A DNA stretch of 64,000 nt from NCBI GenBank assembly GCA_030265395.1, contig JARFYF010000036.1, positions 1,701,884 through 1,765,883 of the forward strand. The letters are read 5' to 3'. This DNA is from Rhina ancylostomus. Its lineage: Eukaryota. The position numbers and the translations under genes are program-made. This document shows positions 63,101 through 64,000 of the stretch, one piece after another; position 1 is the stretch's first letter; the number at the start of each line of letters is the position of its first letter. The notes under the pieces were generated by a model. The model searched no databases and was not told the DNA's origin. It was given only the letters and a program-made list of their open reading frames with translations.

Positions 63101-64000
63101 CTAGAATTTAATCAATAAAAAGGTCAACTGCCTGAGCAGGCCAGATGTAGCTTGAGTTTAGTGTTCTGTCTGGTGTATGCTGGCTATGCCCTAGCATCAT
63201 TTCCTCAGTACAATGAGTTGGTAGAAGATTAGTATGTGGGCAAAACAACATGAGAAACAAAGTCACATGCAACATGGAAGGAAAAATAAAAAAAAGACTA
63301 AGATATGGCAAAATTCCAAATAGATAAAACAACAGCATTTACGAAAGGTCACTAACAGAACTGTAATTATAACAGATAACTTGGTGAGTTTTTTTAAAAC
63401 TCAGGAAAGGTGTGTTTGAAATCATCTTATAGCTATGTGGTTAGGAGCATGAAAATATTAAATTGCAACAGTGGTACATGGTAAAACATGGGTTAAAAGC
63501 AAATTTTGATCAATATCAAATTTACTTGCAAAGAGTAACTTATAAATAAGAGACTCCTAGATACAATAGAAGACAATTCACATAACAGGATGATGGAATG
63601 GGGAATAACTGAATTCCTGGATAGATGAAGTAATGAGTGAAATGCATTTGATATCTCTAATTATCTTCTTGTGCAATTGCATTTTATTTTAAATAAACAC
63701 TTATTGTTCAGAAATAGCACAGGAGATTTTATCCAAGTCTTGACTTCTCCTAATTTTAATCACCCTACCACTATATGCTGCGCTTTCAGCTGCTATACCA
63801 TTTCTGGAACTACCTTCCTAAAATCCCCCACCTCTTTTCTTCAGATGTTTCTTAATATTTGTACCTTTAACCACTCTATTGGACATGAACCCAAATATCT
63901 CCTGTGGCTCAATTAGTCATTCCCGCGCGCATCCCCCCCCCCTCCAAATGCTCTTATGAAGCAGCTTGCAGTGGTAAAGGCAAACATAATAACAAATTGT

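Overview
AT-rich vertebrate genomic DNA from a gapped draft assembly. The repeat content (V-SINE/HE1-type tRNA SINEs, CR1, Rex/Babar, L1/Tx1, Penelope-like ends, Gypsy-type solo LTRs) suggests a cartilaginous fish; this is an inference. Two protein-coding genes are visible. One is a single internal exon of FRG1 on the + strand (2524-2628). The other is the 3' part of a convergent, intron-rich SOWAH-family ankyrin-repeat gene on the - strand (63100 down to the stop at 16295). The main finding is in that gene's ankyrin region: besides a 12-nt microexon (DFTS), four separate 3-nt single-codon exon candidates (Gly 40289-40291, Phe 36342-36344, His 24574-24576, Gly 22737-22739), each AG|codon|GTRAGT, supply in the correct order the residues needed to restore the SOWAH motifs DFxSGFTALHWAAK and N..xHGGYTPLH. 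Reconstructed splice: ...SPSVA|LDPLEKEWLKCAAIGHLTALCDLLKQDPSLAMKK|DFTS|G|F|TALHWAAKHGKENMARMLINAGVDINLRA|H|G|GYTPLHIAALHSHLDIMDLLVHNY|GAKTNVRDYSGRFASHYL...RKFSR*. Almost all ORFs in the supplied track are spurious, gap-spanning or repeat-derived. Family assignments are from recalled motifs, not from searches.
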